In this document: positions 44,260-54,085 of the stretch, one piece after another | Layout: each line of letters begins with the position of its first letter | Numbering within the stretch: position 1 is the first letter of the stretch | From: Candidatus Zhuqueibacterota bacterium | Lineage (GTDB): Bacteria; Zhuqueibacterota; Zhuqueibacteria; Thermofontimicrobiales; Thiofontviventaceae | Length of the DNA: 64,000 bases | Direction of reading: 5' to 3' | NCBI GenBank assembly: GCA_036351795.1 | Contig: JAZBPW010000114.1 | Coordinates: forward strand, 647 to 64,646 | Position numbers and translations under genes: made by a program | Notes under the pieces: generated by a model | Database searches by the model: none | What the model was told of the DNA's origin: nothing | The model's input: only the letters and a program-made list of their open reading frames with translations

Positions 44260-47151
44260 ATGAAAACAGTTCTAAAAATATGGCTGTGTCTATTTACACT
44301 TTTCTCTTCGCCATTAATCGCAGACGATTTTTCAAAGATTGATCCATGGCTGAGAAATATGATAAAACAGCCGGAAATAATGAAGATATATGGTGTAAGA
44401 GATCTCGATCTCAGCAAAAATACCGCTGAGATGCGGACAAGCGTCATACTCAAAACGACATTGAACAGCGAGACGCTTGAAAGTATGGGCATGGATGTAC
44501 GGGCGAGAATCGGAGATATCGCCACAGCATCGATTCCGATAGCTGAAATTCCGAGACTGGCAGAATTGGATGAAGTCACCTATATCCAGGCACCAAAGCG
44601 GATCGAGGCGCACACAGACATTTCAATGTCCGAGATAGGCGCTTTGAACATTTACCAGGACTACGGGATCAAGGGCAGCGGTGTTATCATCGGCATTATC
44701 GATACGGGTATTGACTGGACGCATGATGATTTCAGAAACCCCGACGGCACAACGCGAATTATGTATATCCTGGATTTCAGCTCTCCCGGTGATATCGATG
44801 GCGATGGCGATCTCGACGGACCAGATGCTTATGGTGGAACACTGTACACAGAATCTGATATCAACAACGCCCTTTCGGGTTTTGGCAATATCTTTCAGGA
44901 TGATGTTGTCGGACACGGCACGCATGTCGCCGGTTGCGCCGCCGGAAATGGACTGGCAACGGGGAATGGATACCCCGCATTCACATATGCCGGGGTTGCT
45001 CCCGAAGCGGATCTGGTGGTCGTGAAAGCCACCCGGAATCAGGGTTCCAGGAATTTCGTCAGCGACGATTATATTGCGGCACTCGCCTTCATCAATGATG
45101 TGGCCACGAGCACGGGCAAACCATTTGTGGCGAACATGAGTCTCGGTGGCAGTGATGGTGCTCATGACGGCACTTCACTCGGCGAACAGGCCATCGATAA
45201 TCTGGTTGGAAGTGGTAAACCGGGCAAAGCCGTGGTTGTCTCCGCGGGCAACGATGGCGAAGACGCCATCCATGCCAGCGGGAATTTTTCACAAAGCGTA
45301 TCACAGACAGAGATCAATTTCAAGGTGGACACATACCAGAATGAGGCGGGTACATACAACGACTACGTGCTTTTTGAAATATGGTACGACGGTGCAGCCA
45401 GTATTTCGGTGAGCCTCGAGGCTCCCGACGGCACGGTCTACGGACCTGTCGCGCGTCGCAATGAACGAAGCTGGCCATCTGAGAACGGAGCGGTATTGAT
45501 AGATAATGCCAGAGGCGGCGCCTATCCCTTTAACGGCGATAATCAGATCGTCGCTCAGATTTTCGACTTTTCAGAAGACCAGCCTCCCAAGGCCGGTGAC
45601 TGGAAATTTACGCTCACCGGGAATTCGGGCCGCTATGATCTGTGGCTCTCCGGCGCCTCCATGGATGCCTATCTGACATCCAATATCGACGAATCCATGC
45701 TGGTCGCGAATCCCGGTTCCGCTGAGAACGCGATCACGGTCGGATCTTATGTGACCAAAAACAACTGGATCGATCTGGATGGAAAATCCGTGTCACCGGT
45801 CCCCCGCCCGGATCTGTACACAGCATCCACATTCTCCAGCCCGGGTCCAACACGCGACTTTCGTACGAAGCCTGAAATATGCGCCCCGGGAGAATGGATC
45901 GCATCCTCATACTCGATATTCGCGCCGCCAAGCGGTCTCAATTCCATGTTCGATACGCAGAATGATAACCTGCCGAATGGCTTCATTATGCGCGATGGTG
46001 AGCATGCCATGGCTCAGGGCACCAGTTTTTCGGCGCCACATGTCACAGGGATCATTGCCCTGATGCTGCAGCAGTTCCCAAGTCTCGACGCGCTCGAGAT
46101 CAAGGCCGCTCTCACCGAAAACGCCAGGCAGGACGCCTATACCACATCTCCCGCCAAATGGGGATATGGCAAGCTTGACGGCTACGCAACCATACAGGAC
46201 CTGTCGGGCGCACTGGCTGAAAAGAAATTTACTGTTTCCATATTCCAGAATCCGGCTCTCTCGCAATACATCGACATTTATCTCATCTCAAAATATCTGC
46301 TTGCCGACACCCCGGCTGCAAGCATGCAAGTCGGCGGAGGAGCGGCAACGAATATCAGCATGTCGAAAACAGATGGCCAGATATACAAAGGGGAGTATAC
46401 TTTCAGTTCCGACGGCACTGCAACGCTTACTGTTAACGCCACAGTTCAGGGTGAGCCGACAACGACGTTGACACGCTACTTCGGTGTTTCATTGCTGAAA
46501 GCGGGAACAGGCGGACATGTACAATTTGGAAATGCGTCGCTCATCGTACCGGGTGAAAGTATTGACCGTGATACATACTTCACGATCATCCCGTCCGATA
46601 TCGATGTTGCTGATCCCGAATGTCAGTCTATCGGGGATCAGTACCAGATGGGGCCGGTCACGCACTCGCTGTCCGGCCGGTCGATGATCGAGTTCAATTA
46701 CGACCCATCTCTTGAGGACTTAAAATTATCCATCGCCAGACTGGAAGACGGGCAGTGGATACACCTCGATACGCATAAGGACAGGGACCGGAATGTCGTG
46801 ACCGCACATGCCGAAAAAATGGGCACCTTTGCCGTTTTCATGACCGGTGAGGACGATTTGGACACATCGCCCGCCACTTACGTGCTGCATCAGAATTATC
46901 CCAATCCATTCAATGCCAGTACATACATCACTTATACTTTGCCCGAGCAGGCGCATATCAGTCTGCAGATCTATAATATCCGTGGTGAACGTACAGCCAC
47001 TCTCTTTCGGGGCGTTCAGCCGGCGGGCATTCACAAGATCGAATGGGATGGCCGGAATGATTCAGGGCAGGTGGTAAGCAGCGGCGTCTATCTGTATCGC
47101 CTGACATCTGATCACTTCAGCTCGGGTCAGAAAATGATTTATCTCAAGTAG
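44260..47151 (+). CDS. Subtilisin-like serine protease (S8) with T9SS-type C-terminal sorting domain
   Basis: Catalytic triad blocks GIIDTGID (Asp), HGTHVAG (His) and GTSFSAPHVTG (Ser). The CTD reads LHQNYPNPFNASTYITY..LQIYNIRGE..QKMIYLK. Confidence 0.9.
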   Translation: MKTVLKIWLCLFTLFSSPLIADDFSKIDPWLRNMIKQPEIMKIYGVRDLDLSKNTAEMRTSVILKTTLNSETLESMGMDVRARIGDIATASIPIAEIPRLAELDEVTYIQAPKRIEAHTDISMSEIGALNIYQDYGIKGSGVIIGIIDTGIDWTHDDFRNPDGTTRIMYILDFSSPGDIDGDGDLDGPDAYGGTLYTESDINNALSGFGNIFQDDVVGHGTHVAGCAAGNGLATGNGYPAFTYAGVAPEADLVVVKATRNQGSRNFVSDDYIAALAFINDVATSTGKPFVANMSLGGSDGAHDGTSLGEQAIDNLVGSGKPGKAVVVSAGNDGEDAIHASGNFSQSVSQTEINFKVDTYQNEAGTYNDYVLFEIWYDGAASISVSLEAPDGTVYGPVARRNERSWPSENGAVLIDNARGGAYPFNGDNQIVAQIFDFSEDQPPKAGDWKFTLTGNSGRYDLWLSGASMDAYLTSNIDESMLVANPGSAENAITVGSYVTKNNWIDLDGKSVSPVPRPDLYTASTFSSPGPTRDFRTKPEICAPGEWIASSYSIFAPPSGLNSMFDTQNDNLPNGFIMRDGEHAMAQGTSFSAPHVTGIIALMLQQFPSLDALEIKAALTENARQDAYTTSPAKWGYGKLDGYATIQDLSGALAEKKFTVSIFQNPALSQYIDIYLISKYLLADTPAASMQVGGGAATNISMSKTDGQIYKGEYTFSSDGTATLTVNATVQGEPTTTLTRYFGVSLLKAGTGGHVQFGNASLIVPGESIDRDTYFTIIPSDIDVADPECQSIGDQYQMGPVTHSLSGRSMIEFNYDPSLEDLKLSIARLEDGQWIHLDTHKDRDRNVVTAHAEKMGTFAVFMTGEDDLDTSPATYVLHQNYPNPFNASTYITYTLPEQAHISLQIYNIRGERTATLFRGVQPAGIHKIEWDGRNDSGQVVSSGVYLYRLTSDHFSSGQKMIYLK

Positions 47152-47192
47152 TAAAATGCACTCTCAATTGCAAATTTAGGAGAATCTGGATC

Positions 47193-47780
47193 ATGAAAAT
47201 TTTAAAATATATTTTGATCATATTTCTCATTGTTCAATGCGACAGTGATAATGGTTTCACGCCATCAGATAAAGAGGTCGAGGAACTGGTGAATGAGGGT
47301 TGGGAAAAATTCGGCTATCGTGGCTATGAAAATGCGCTGGAAAAATTTCTTGAAGCCATCGATAAAGACAATAGCTATGCCGAAGCCTATAACGGTGCCG
47401 GATGGGCCAGCGCACGATTGACAAATTTAGCGGATGCTGCGAACTACTTTGTCCAGTGCATCGCTCTCAACAGTGCGAATGTGGACGCACACGCCGGACT
47501 TGCATTCACATACAATGCTCAGAAAGAGTATCAAAACGCCATCGATCAGGCGAGCAGTGCATTGGGATTGAATTCAGTCTGGATCTTTTCTCAGGACAAG
47601 ACGCTGAGCCATCGCGATTTGCGCGTCCTTCTGGCAGAAAGCTACTTCGCGTTAGGAAATTTGACAGCGAGTCTCAACCAGGTGTTGATTCTCAATCCAT
47701 CTTTTAGCGCGGACATAAATACGTTTGATGGCAAGTCATCACTATCAGAGGAGATTGAAAGACTACGGGGCATTATTTGA
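47193..47780 (+). CDS. TPR-repeat protein with signal peptide
   Basis: Repeated A..Y..A/G..Y TPR-like units (AEAYNGAGWA, AHAGLAFTY). 195 aa. Confidence 0.7.
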   Translation: MKILKYILIIFLIVQCDSDNGFTPSDKEVEELVNEGWEKFGYRGYENALEKFLEAIDKDNSYAEAYNGAGWASARLTNLADAANYFVQCIALNSANVDAHAGLAFTYNAQKEYQNAIDQASSALGLNSVWIFSQDKTLSHRDLRVLLAESYFALGNLTASLNQVLILNPSFSADINTFDGKSSLSEEIERLRGII

Positions 47781-47808
47781 TCAGCTGAATCATTCGACTC
47801 ATAAAAAA

Positions 47809-47835
47809 AGCCCGGACGCTGATCACCGGGCTTTT
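47809..47835. terminator. Bidirectional intrinsic terminator between convergent genes
   Basis: A7 - AGCCCGG(47809-15)/CCGGGCT(47826-32) - T4. Confidence 0.8.
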
Positions 47836-47872
47836 CTATTTTCTATTCAATTATCAGCTAAAGTGAAATGGC

Positions 47873-49075
47873 TTAATCGCTCGCCATGATGAACAGCGGT
47901 TTTGATTCGAACGATTTGAAATGGGGCCGCAATCGATCTACATTGTAATATTTTTCTACATCCACGACCTTTTTGAAACTCGTTACGACTTCGATGGGTG
48001 CGTTATCATAACGGCCATTGTTGAGAATAGTAAGGCGTCCGTGAACGCCTTCAAGTATCAAGTCGAGGGCGAGATTCCCATAGGCCATGGGAACGATGGA
48101 ATCGATGGCATCCGGATCACCGCAACGCACCAGATAACCCAAACGTTGATTGATAACATTGACGCGCTTGCCCTTGTTGTATTTAGCAGTTAACTCCTTG
48201 AGTTGATTGGAAATCAGGTCGCCTACACCGCCCAGCTTTTTATGACCGAACATGTCCTGTTCTTCATCCTGGAACGTCATTTTCCCACCTTCAAACGCCA
48301 CACCTTCGGATACCAGTACCACCGAATATGTGCTTGGATTCGTCACCCGATCCGCAACAAGGAGCTCGGTCAATTTTTCAATATTAAATGTATATTCCGG
48401 AATCACGCATCTGTTCGCTGCACCGGCCATCGTCGGAAGCAATGCCGTGAATCCAGCATATCGTCCAAAAACCTCGATCACAAGGATACGCTCATGCGAT
48501 CCGGCCGACGTTCTCAGACTATGCGTCATTTCGATCGTACGCGTAACACAGGTGCTGAACCCGATACAGTAGTCGGTGCCTGGTACGTCGTTATCCATCG
48601 TCTTGGGTATGGCAATGACCTTAACGCCTTCACCGTGAAGCCGCACGCCATAGCTAAGCGTGTCATCACCACCAATCGGGATGAGATAATCGATTCCAAG
48701 AAAATCCAGGTTTTTCAGCACATCCGGCGTCAGATCGCTGACTTCATCCGTATATTTGTCCTTGAGATGCTGGGGAACAGAAGCCTTGGGCACATGGCTC
48801 GCTCGCGTCCTCGATGTGTGTAAAAACGTGCCACCGGTTCTTCCCACCTTGTTCACCATCTCCTCGGTGAGTTCTATGTAATGTTCCGAGTTGTCCGCTT
48901 TTTTGTCGGGATTGATCCCGATCATCCCGCCCCAGCCTCTTCGAATACCGATCACGCGAAAACCTTCGCGCAACGCGCGAATGGTGACCGCGCGAATTGC
49001 CGGATTCAATCCCGGAACATCGCCGCCACCGGTTAAAATCCCAATAACGCCTTTCTTCGTCTTGATGTTGCTCAT
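47873..49075 (-). CDS. pfp: 6-phosphofructokinase, pyrophosphate-dependent type
   Basis: GILTGGGDVPGLN. The IGGDDT (Asp) and PKTMDNDV (Lys) blocks occupy the two positions that are Gly in ATP-PFK. The ATG at 49075 has GGAG upstream; the alternative GTG at 49084 is the ORF-track start. Confidence 0.8.
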   Translation of the reverse strand: MSNIKTKKGVIGILTGGGDVPGLNPAIRAVTIRALREGFRVIGIRRGWGGMIGINPDKKADNSEHYIELTEEMVNKVGRTGGTFLHTSRTRASHVPKASVPQHLKDKYTDEVSDLTPDVLKNLDFLGIDYLIPIGGDDTLSYGVRLHGEGVKVIAIPKTMDNDVPGTDYCIGFSTCVTRTIEMTHSLRTSAGSHERILVIEVFGRYAGFTALLPTMAGAANRCVIPEYTFNIEKLTELLVADRVTNPSTYSVVLVSEGVAFEGGKMTFQDEEQDMFGHKKLGGVGDLISNQLKELTAKYNKGKRVNVINQRLGYLVRCGDPDAIDSIVPMAYGNLALDLILEGVHGRLTILNNGRYDNAPIEVVTSFKKVVDVEKYYNVDRLRPHFKSFESKPLFIMASD

Positions 49076-49331
49076 GTTGATCACTCCATTTTTTCTTACT
49101 TATAAAAATCCGAATTAAGAATATAACTTTTTTCGGGCACATTGTCAATGATTTTATTGAATAATCACGGTAATGTATCAATTACTCAACATCGAAAATG
49201 GGCATTGCTCTGGCTCTATTGCAGCAAAGCCCTGACTCATAGCGAACTTCGATCGTCCAAGACGCGTAAAAGAACAGAGGATTGCCTATTGCCCAATATT
49301 CATTATGTTGAAATAGTCAACGGAGGAAAAG

Positions 49332-49676
49332 ATGCCACTGGTGTATTCAACAGGAAAAGGGGAAATATGCCCCGGCTGCGGGAAGCCTGTCGATGCCTGT
49401 ACATGCGAAAAACAAAGTACGGTCTCGTCTACTGGCGATGGTGTCGTACGCGTCAGACGCGAGGTGAAGGGACGAAAGGGGAAAACCGTAACCTCTATCT
49501 CCGGACTTGCGCTTGAACCGGATAAGTTGAGGGACTGCGCCACCGCACTGAAAAGGAAATGTGGAGCCGGGGGATCTGTCAAAGACGGTATCATTCTGAT
49601 TCAGGGCGATCATTGCAACACCATCGTCGAAGAATTGAAAAAGAACGGTTTCAATGCAAAAAGAGCAGGTGGATAA
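49332..49676 (+). CDS. yciH: SUI1/YciH-family translation initiation factor
   Basis: GGAGG lies upstream. The sequence has an N-terminal Cys pair, VRREVKGRKGKTVTSISGL and KCGAGGSVKDG..IQGDH. 114 aa. Confidence 0.85.
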   Translation: MPLVYSTGKGEICPGCGKPVDACTCEKQSTVSSTGDGVVRVRREVKGRKGKTVTSISGLALEPDKLRDCATALKRKCGAGGSVKDGIILIQGDHCNTIVEELKKNGFNAKRAGG

Positions 49677-49701
49677 TTGAGACAATCTTGATGCTATCGC
49701 A

Positions 49702-52700
49702 TTAAAACAGTGAGAGCTGTGAGTCTTCACCATCTTTTTCAGCGGTGCTTCTTTTTTTCTTCATCACATTCTTTTTATTCTCCAAGAGCTCTTCTTCGAT
49801 ATCATTTAAAAAACGTGAAGTTGGCCTTACTTCCTGTTTACCATACATGAAGCGGGTTTTCGCCAATGTGAAGATGAGCTTATGCTGGGCCCTCGTCATC
49901 CCCACATAGAAAATCCTGCGTTCCTCATGAAGCTCCTCTTCCGTGTCCTCATCCTTGATCCGGGGAAGAATTCCATCCTCACAACCGGTAATAAAGACAA
50001 CCGGAAATTCCAGTCCTTTTGAGGCATGAATACTCATCAACGTCACTCTCTCCGACCTCTCATCATATATATCTGTTTCACCCTGAAGTACTATCGATTC
50101 GAGGAATGTTTTAAGAGATCCTTTGTGAGCTTCAGCCATTCGGGATATCTCTTCCCAGTAATAAGATCTTTTGCCGTCATTTCTGTAATAGGCACTCATT
50201 CCGGAAATCTTCAACAGGTTGACGATCAGTTCTTTGGTGGACATTTTTTCAGCGTACGTCCTCAGCCGGTTTATCTTGTCAACCAGTGATGCGACCGGCT
50301 GCTGTTGAGTCGCACTCAGTGCAGATATCCGGTCCACTCTCCGAATGGCGTCCCAGAGGGAGAGGTCGTTCATGCGCTTATACTTAGACAGTATTGCTAT
50401 CGTTTGTTCTCCGATTCCCCGCGGAGGATTATTCAACACACGATAGAGATCGAAATCGATCCACGGATTCTGAATGATGCGCAAATATGAAAGAATTTCT
50501 CCCGGCTCTTTCCTCTCCCAGAAAGGCACCTCTCCAATTGACTGGTAAGGGATCCCGGACCGGATGAATGCCTCCTCCAGTGCCGGCAGTTGCGCGTGCA
50601 ATCGGTACAAGACGGCGATATCTCCAAATCCAACGCCATAGACGGTTTCATCATTTTCGGCTGCCCGTCCTGAATCGACCGAAAAGAAACTGGTTGCGCC
50701 GATCAGCTTTTCGATCCGATGAACAATCGTCTCAGCCTCCGCCTTCTCCGTTGCAGTGCGGAATATTTCAATTTTATCCTCACTGATCATATCGGTCCAA
50801 AGCTTGAGATCGCTTCTTTCTGGATTTTTTTCAATCACCTGTCCCGATGCAGACAAGATCGACCTGTCGGACCGGTAGTTCTTATCCAGAAAAACTGTTC
50901 TTGCCTCAGGGAAATCTTTTTCAAACGTCAGGAAATAGTGCGCATCCGATCCTCTGAAACCATATATCGCCTGATCCGGATCTCCGATGACGCACAGATT
51001 ACTTTCCGGAGTCACGAGCAATTTCAGGAGACTGTATTGAGGGAAATTGATATCCTGGTATTCATCAACAGAGATCCATTTATATTTCTCTCTGTATTTT
51101 TTCAGTAGATCGTCTCTTTCACGAAACAACAGAAATGGCTGCATGATGAGATCATCAAAGTCAAAGAGATTTTGTCTTCTCAGTTCTTTCTGATATAGCG
51201 CGTACAGCTCCTTGGCAGCCGCATCGAGATCAGCCTCTTCGGGAAGAAGTAAATGACTTTTTGCATCGGAGATATCCTGCATCAGCTGTTTCAACTGAGC
51301 CGTTGTCAGGTCTTTTCCAAGACGCTTCAGGATATCCTTTCTATAATTATCATTCAGTATCGAGAAACCGGTTTTATATCCGACAGCCTCATAATCGTTT
51401 TTCAGAATGGATGCACCAAACGCGTGAAAAGTCTGAATTGTCATGACATCCATCACATCGTCTTCGAAGAGCTGCCCGAGTCGCGACCGCATCTCCTGCG
51501 CCGCCTTGTTGGTGAACGTCAAGGCCAGGATCGAGGAAGGATCCACTTCTTCGTCCTGTATCAGGTAGGCGATCCTGTAGGTGAGTGTCCTGGTTTTCCC
51601 GGTCCCCGGCCCGGCAACGATCACCAGATTATGATCGACCGATGTGACTGCGCTCAGCTGCTTGTCATTCAATCCGTACGGATTCCTCTTCTCTTCCGGT
51701 AATCCGTTCGCCTTTTCCACGGGAAAAACATTGAGGATATTTTCGCGAAGGTCCGCATCTTTTACCCGATACGGCTCTCGCTTGTCCTGTTTTTCACTTT
51801 TTTTTTCCGGTATCTCTTTATCGATAAACAGGCTTTTGGTCCCGAAATTCTCGCGTTCCCTTGCTGTGAAGATCTTTATCGTGCCGAATTCACCATCGTA
51901 TCCGGCATCGATCTGCAAATCAGATTCTCGCATGCGACGTATCCCCTCTGCCAGCAAGCTTCCAGACGATTTCTCCAACTCGCTCAACGTAATGTCTCTC
52001 AGAATGTGCAACTCCGAACCCAACTGGGAGAGCATTTTTTCATATTTCTCCCGCACACCCTTTGTATTCGGACCTCTCCCCATAACCTCTGCAATGATCT
52101 CCGGAAGAGGGATAAGACTTTCGAATGGCAATGCCCGGAGGCTCTTTTCGCCGGGTTTACGATCCGCAAGCTCTTCGATCCGGTAAGAGACTCCGCGTGT
52201 CACATCTTTCCCGCAGACAGGGCATTTCCCATTGTGCGCGAGCGTCTCTTCAGGTGACATACGCGCCTCACATTTTCGATGACCGTCGTAATGATATTTA
52301 CCCTCCTCGGGAAAGAATTCGATCGTTCCACCGAACTTTTCCGGTGCACCAGTCTTCATCGCATCCAGCATCGCGGGAAAGGACATGTCACAGAGAAAGA
52401 TATTTGATTCCCGTGCGAGTTTCTGGGGAGAGTGCGCGTCGGAGTTCGAGACGAGGGTATATTTATCCAAACTTGACACCCGCCAATTCATCGGGGGATC
52501 CGATGACAGACCCGTTTCCACTGCAAAGATGTGCTCACTCAGATCATCATAGCATTCCTCGATCGAATCAAAACCGGACTTCGAACCCATTGCCGAAAAC
52601 CACGGGGTCCAGATATGCGCGGGGATCAGCGCCGATCCGTCCCCGGCTTCCAATACGATTTCCAGAAGATCTCTGGAATCCAACCCAAGAATGGGCCGGC

Positions 52701-53106
52701 CATCCGAGCGGATATTGCCGATTTTATCGAGTCTTCCCTGAATATCCTTTGCCGCGTCAAAAGAGGGCACAATAACCACATTGTGTACTTTTCTGACCTT
52801 TTCACCCTTCTTGTATATGTTGCTGATCTCCGTAGAAAGGATGAATCGGACCGGATTTTCACAGGATTTGAAGACTTCATCCTGAGTAGCCTTCCTGAAA
52901 TCGGGTTTAAGTTTGAAGAGACCATCCTCAGCCGGCTCAAGCTTTTCCATCAGTTCGTCCAGCCATTCCGGATGCGTGAAATCGCCTGTTGCCACGACCT
53001 GAACACCCTTCAACTGCGCCCACTTATTCAGATGTTCGAGATTCAGTTGCTTACTCGTCGCCCTCGAGTAGTGAGAATGTATATGTAAATCAGCAATGAA
53101 AGTCAT
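49702..53106 (-). CDS. Fusion protein: N-terminal endonuclease-Q-like PHP nuclease (~aa 1-420) + C-terminal UvrD/PcrA-type SF1 helicase
   Basis: The N-terminal part has ADLHIHSHYS, PAHIWTPW, SNSDAHSP and the zinc knuckle HRKC...CPVCGK..GVSYRIEELA, collinear with Pyrococcus EndoQ. The helicase part has AGPGTGKT, DEYQD, GDPDQAIYGFRG, NYRS, IHASKGLEFP and YVGMTRA. Confidence 0.88.
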   Translation of the reverse strand: MTFIADLHIHSHYSRATSKQLNLEHLNKWAQLKGVQVVATGDFTHPEWLDELMEKLEPAEDGLFKLKPDFRKATQDEVFKSCENPVRFILSTEISNIYKKGEKVRKVHNVVIVPSFDAAKDIQGRLDKIGNIRSDGRPILGLDSRDLLEIVLEAGDGSALIPAHIWTPWFSAMGSKSGFDSIEECYDDLSEHIFAVETGLSSDPPMNWRVSSLDKYTLVSNSDAHSPQKLARESNIFLCDMSFPAMLDAMKTGAPEKFGGTIEFFPEEGKYHYDGHRKCEARMSPEETLAHNGKCPVCGKDVTRGVSYRIEELADRKPGEKSLRALPFESLIPLPEIIAEVMGRGPNTKGVREKYEKMLSQLGSELHILRDITLSELEKSSGSLLAEGIRRMRESDLQIDAGYDGEFGTIKIFTARERENFGTKSLFIDKEIPEKKSEKQDKREPYRVKDADLRENILNVFPVEKANGLPEEKRNPYGLNDKQLSAVTSVDHNLVIVAGPGTGKTRTLTYRIAYLIQDEEVDPSSILALTFTNKAAQEMRSRLGQLFEDDVMDVMTIQTFHAFGASILKNDYEAVGYKTGFSILNDNYRKDILKRLGKDLTTAQLKQLMQDISDAKSHLLLPEEADLDAAAKELYALYQKELRRQNLFDFDDLIMQPFLLFRERDDLLKKYREKYKWISVDEYQDINFPQYSLLKLLVTPESNLCVIGDPDQAIYGFRGSDAHYFLTFEKDFPEARTVFLDKNYRSDRSILSASGQVIEKNPERSDLKLWTDMISEDKIEIFRTATEKAEAETIVHRIEKLIGATSFFSVDSGRAAENDETVYGVGFGDIAVLYRLHAQLPALEEAFIRSGIPYQSIGEVPFWERKEPGEILSYLRIIQNPWIDFDLYRVLNNPPRGIGEQTIAILSKYKRMNDLSLWDAIRRVDRISALSATQQQPVASLVDKINRLRTYAEKMSTKELIVNLLKISGMSAYYRNDGKRSYYWEEISRMAEAHKGSLKTFLESIVLQGETDIYDERSERVTLMSIHASKGLEFPVVFITGCEDGILPRIKDEDTEEELHEERRIFYVGMTRAQHKLIFTLAKTRFMYGKQEVRPTSRFLNDIEEELLENKKNVMKKKRSTAEKDGEDSQLSLF

Positions 53107-53978
53107 TACGCGTTATCTCCTGCGTCCTTCATCTTGTCTGCAAATTCTATCGCTTCGAACCGGTTGAATCCATTATCGATTGCGAGCTGCTTCCAGTCCG
53201 GTTTCTCCGGCAGTTTGTTCAGCAATTCCATAATCAGCCTCGTCTCTTGTCTGGAAAATTGCATCGCATAAGCGACATAATCGAGAAAGGCCTCCCACGT
53301 TATTGGTACGATCTCTTTGACGATACTTGCAATGGCTTCTGCAAAAACGCGGATCTCATACTGCGCGTGGCGATCGATTCGCAAATGGATGAAGTGCAGC
53401 AGATTCGCGAGATCGATTTTCCAATACCATTCGGTATAGAGTGAAAGCGGAAGATGGATGCGCGCCAGTTCTCTTGCGATATTACTGTTTTCCATCTCCT
53501 CGTAGTCGGTCCATGATTCCTGTGCATGTTTCGTGAGAATGTCGAGTACGCGTTCTCTGAGTTCCTCTGGAACGGAGTCATCCGATCGTCCCTGCTTGTT
53601 GCTGCTGGATTGATAATTGATCGCATCGGGTTCAGGTATGTAGAAATGATCTATTGCTTTGGAATATCGCAGCGAATATTCATTGACACTCGCCGTCCGG
53701 TGACGAATCCACTGTCTGGCCACAAAGATAGGCATTTTACAATGGAACTTGAACTCGACCATCTCGAACGGGCTGGTATGCCTGTGTCGCAGCAGATACC
53801 GTATCAGTCCCCTGTCCTCGCGCACCTTCTTTGTCCCTTTCCCGTATGAGACCCGGGCTGCCTGAACAATGGCCCCATCGGAGCCCATGTAATCCACCAG
53901 CCGGACAAATCCATGGTCCAGACACTGTATCTCTTTATTCAATAACGCTTCCGCCGCTCTGTTCAGCTCACCCGACAT
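53106..53978 (-). CDS. thyX: Flavin-dependent thymidylate synthase ThyX
   Basis: ThyX signature RHRTASVNEYSLRYS plus RHRHTSPFE. The stop TAA shares one nucleotide with the downstream ATG (TAATG at 53108-53104). Confidence 0.9.
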   Translation of the reverse strand: MSGELNRAAEALLNKEIQCLDHGFVRLVDYMGSDGAIVQAARVSYGKGTKKVREDRGLIRYLLRHRHTSPFEMVEFKFHCKMPIFVARQWIRHRTASVNEYSLRYSKAIDHFYIPEPDAINYQSSSNKQGRSDDSVPEELRERVLDILTKHAQESWTDYEEMENSNIARELARIHLPLSLYTEWYWKIDLANLLHFIHLRIDRHAQYEIRVFAEAIASIVKEIVPITWEAFLDYVAYAMQFSRQETRLIMELLNKLPEKPDWKQLAIDNGFNRFEAIEFADKMKDAGDNA

Positions 53979-54085
53979 ATTTTCTCCTGATCGTTAGGTT
54001 GCATCGCAGACCGCTTCTTTGCCATCAACAAACCGGTCCTGGTAAAAAGCAATATAAAAAAAAGTCAAATACCAATCAAGGAATT

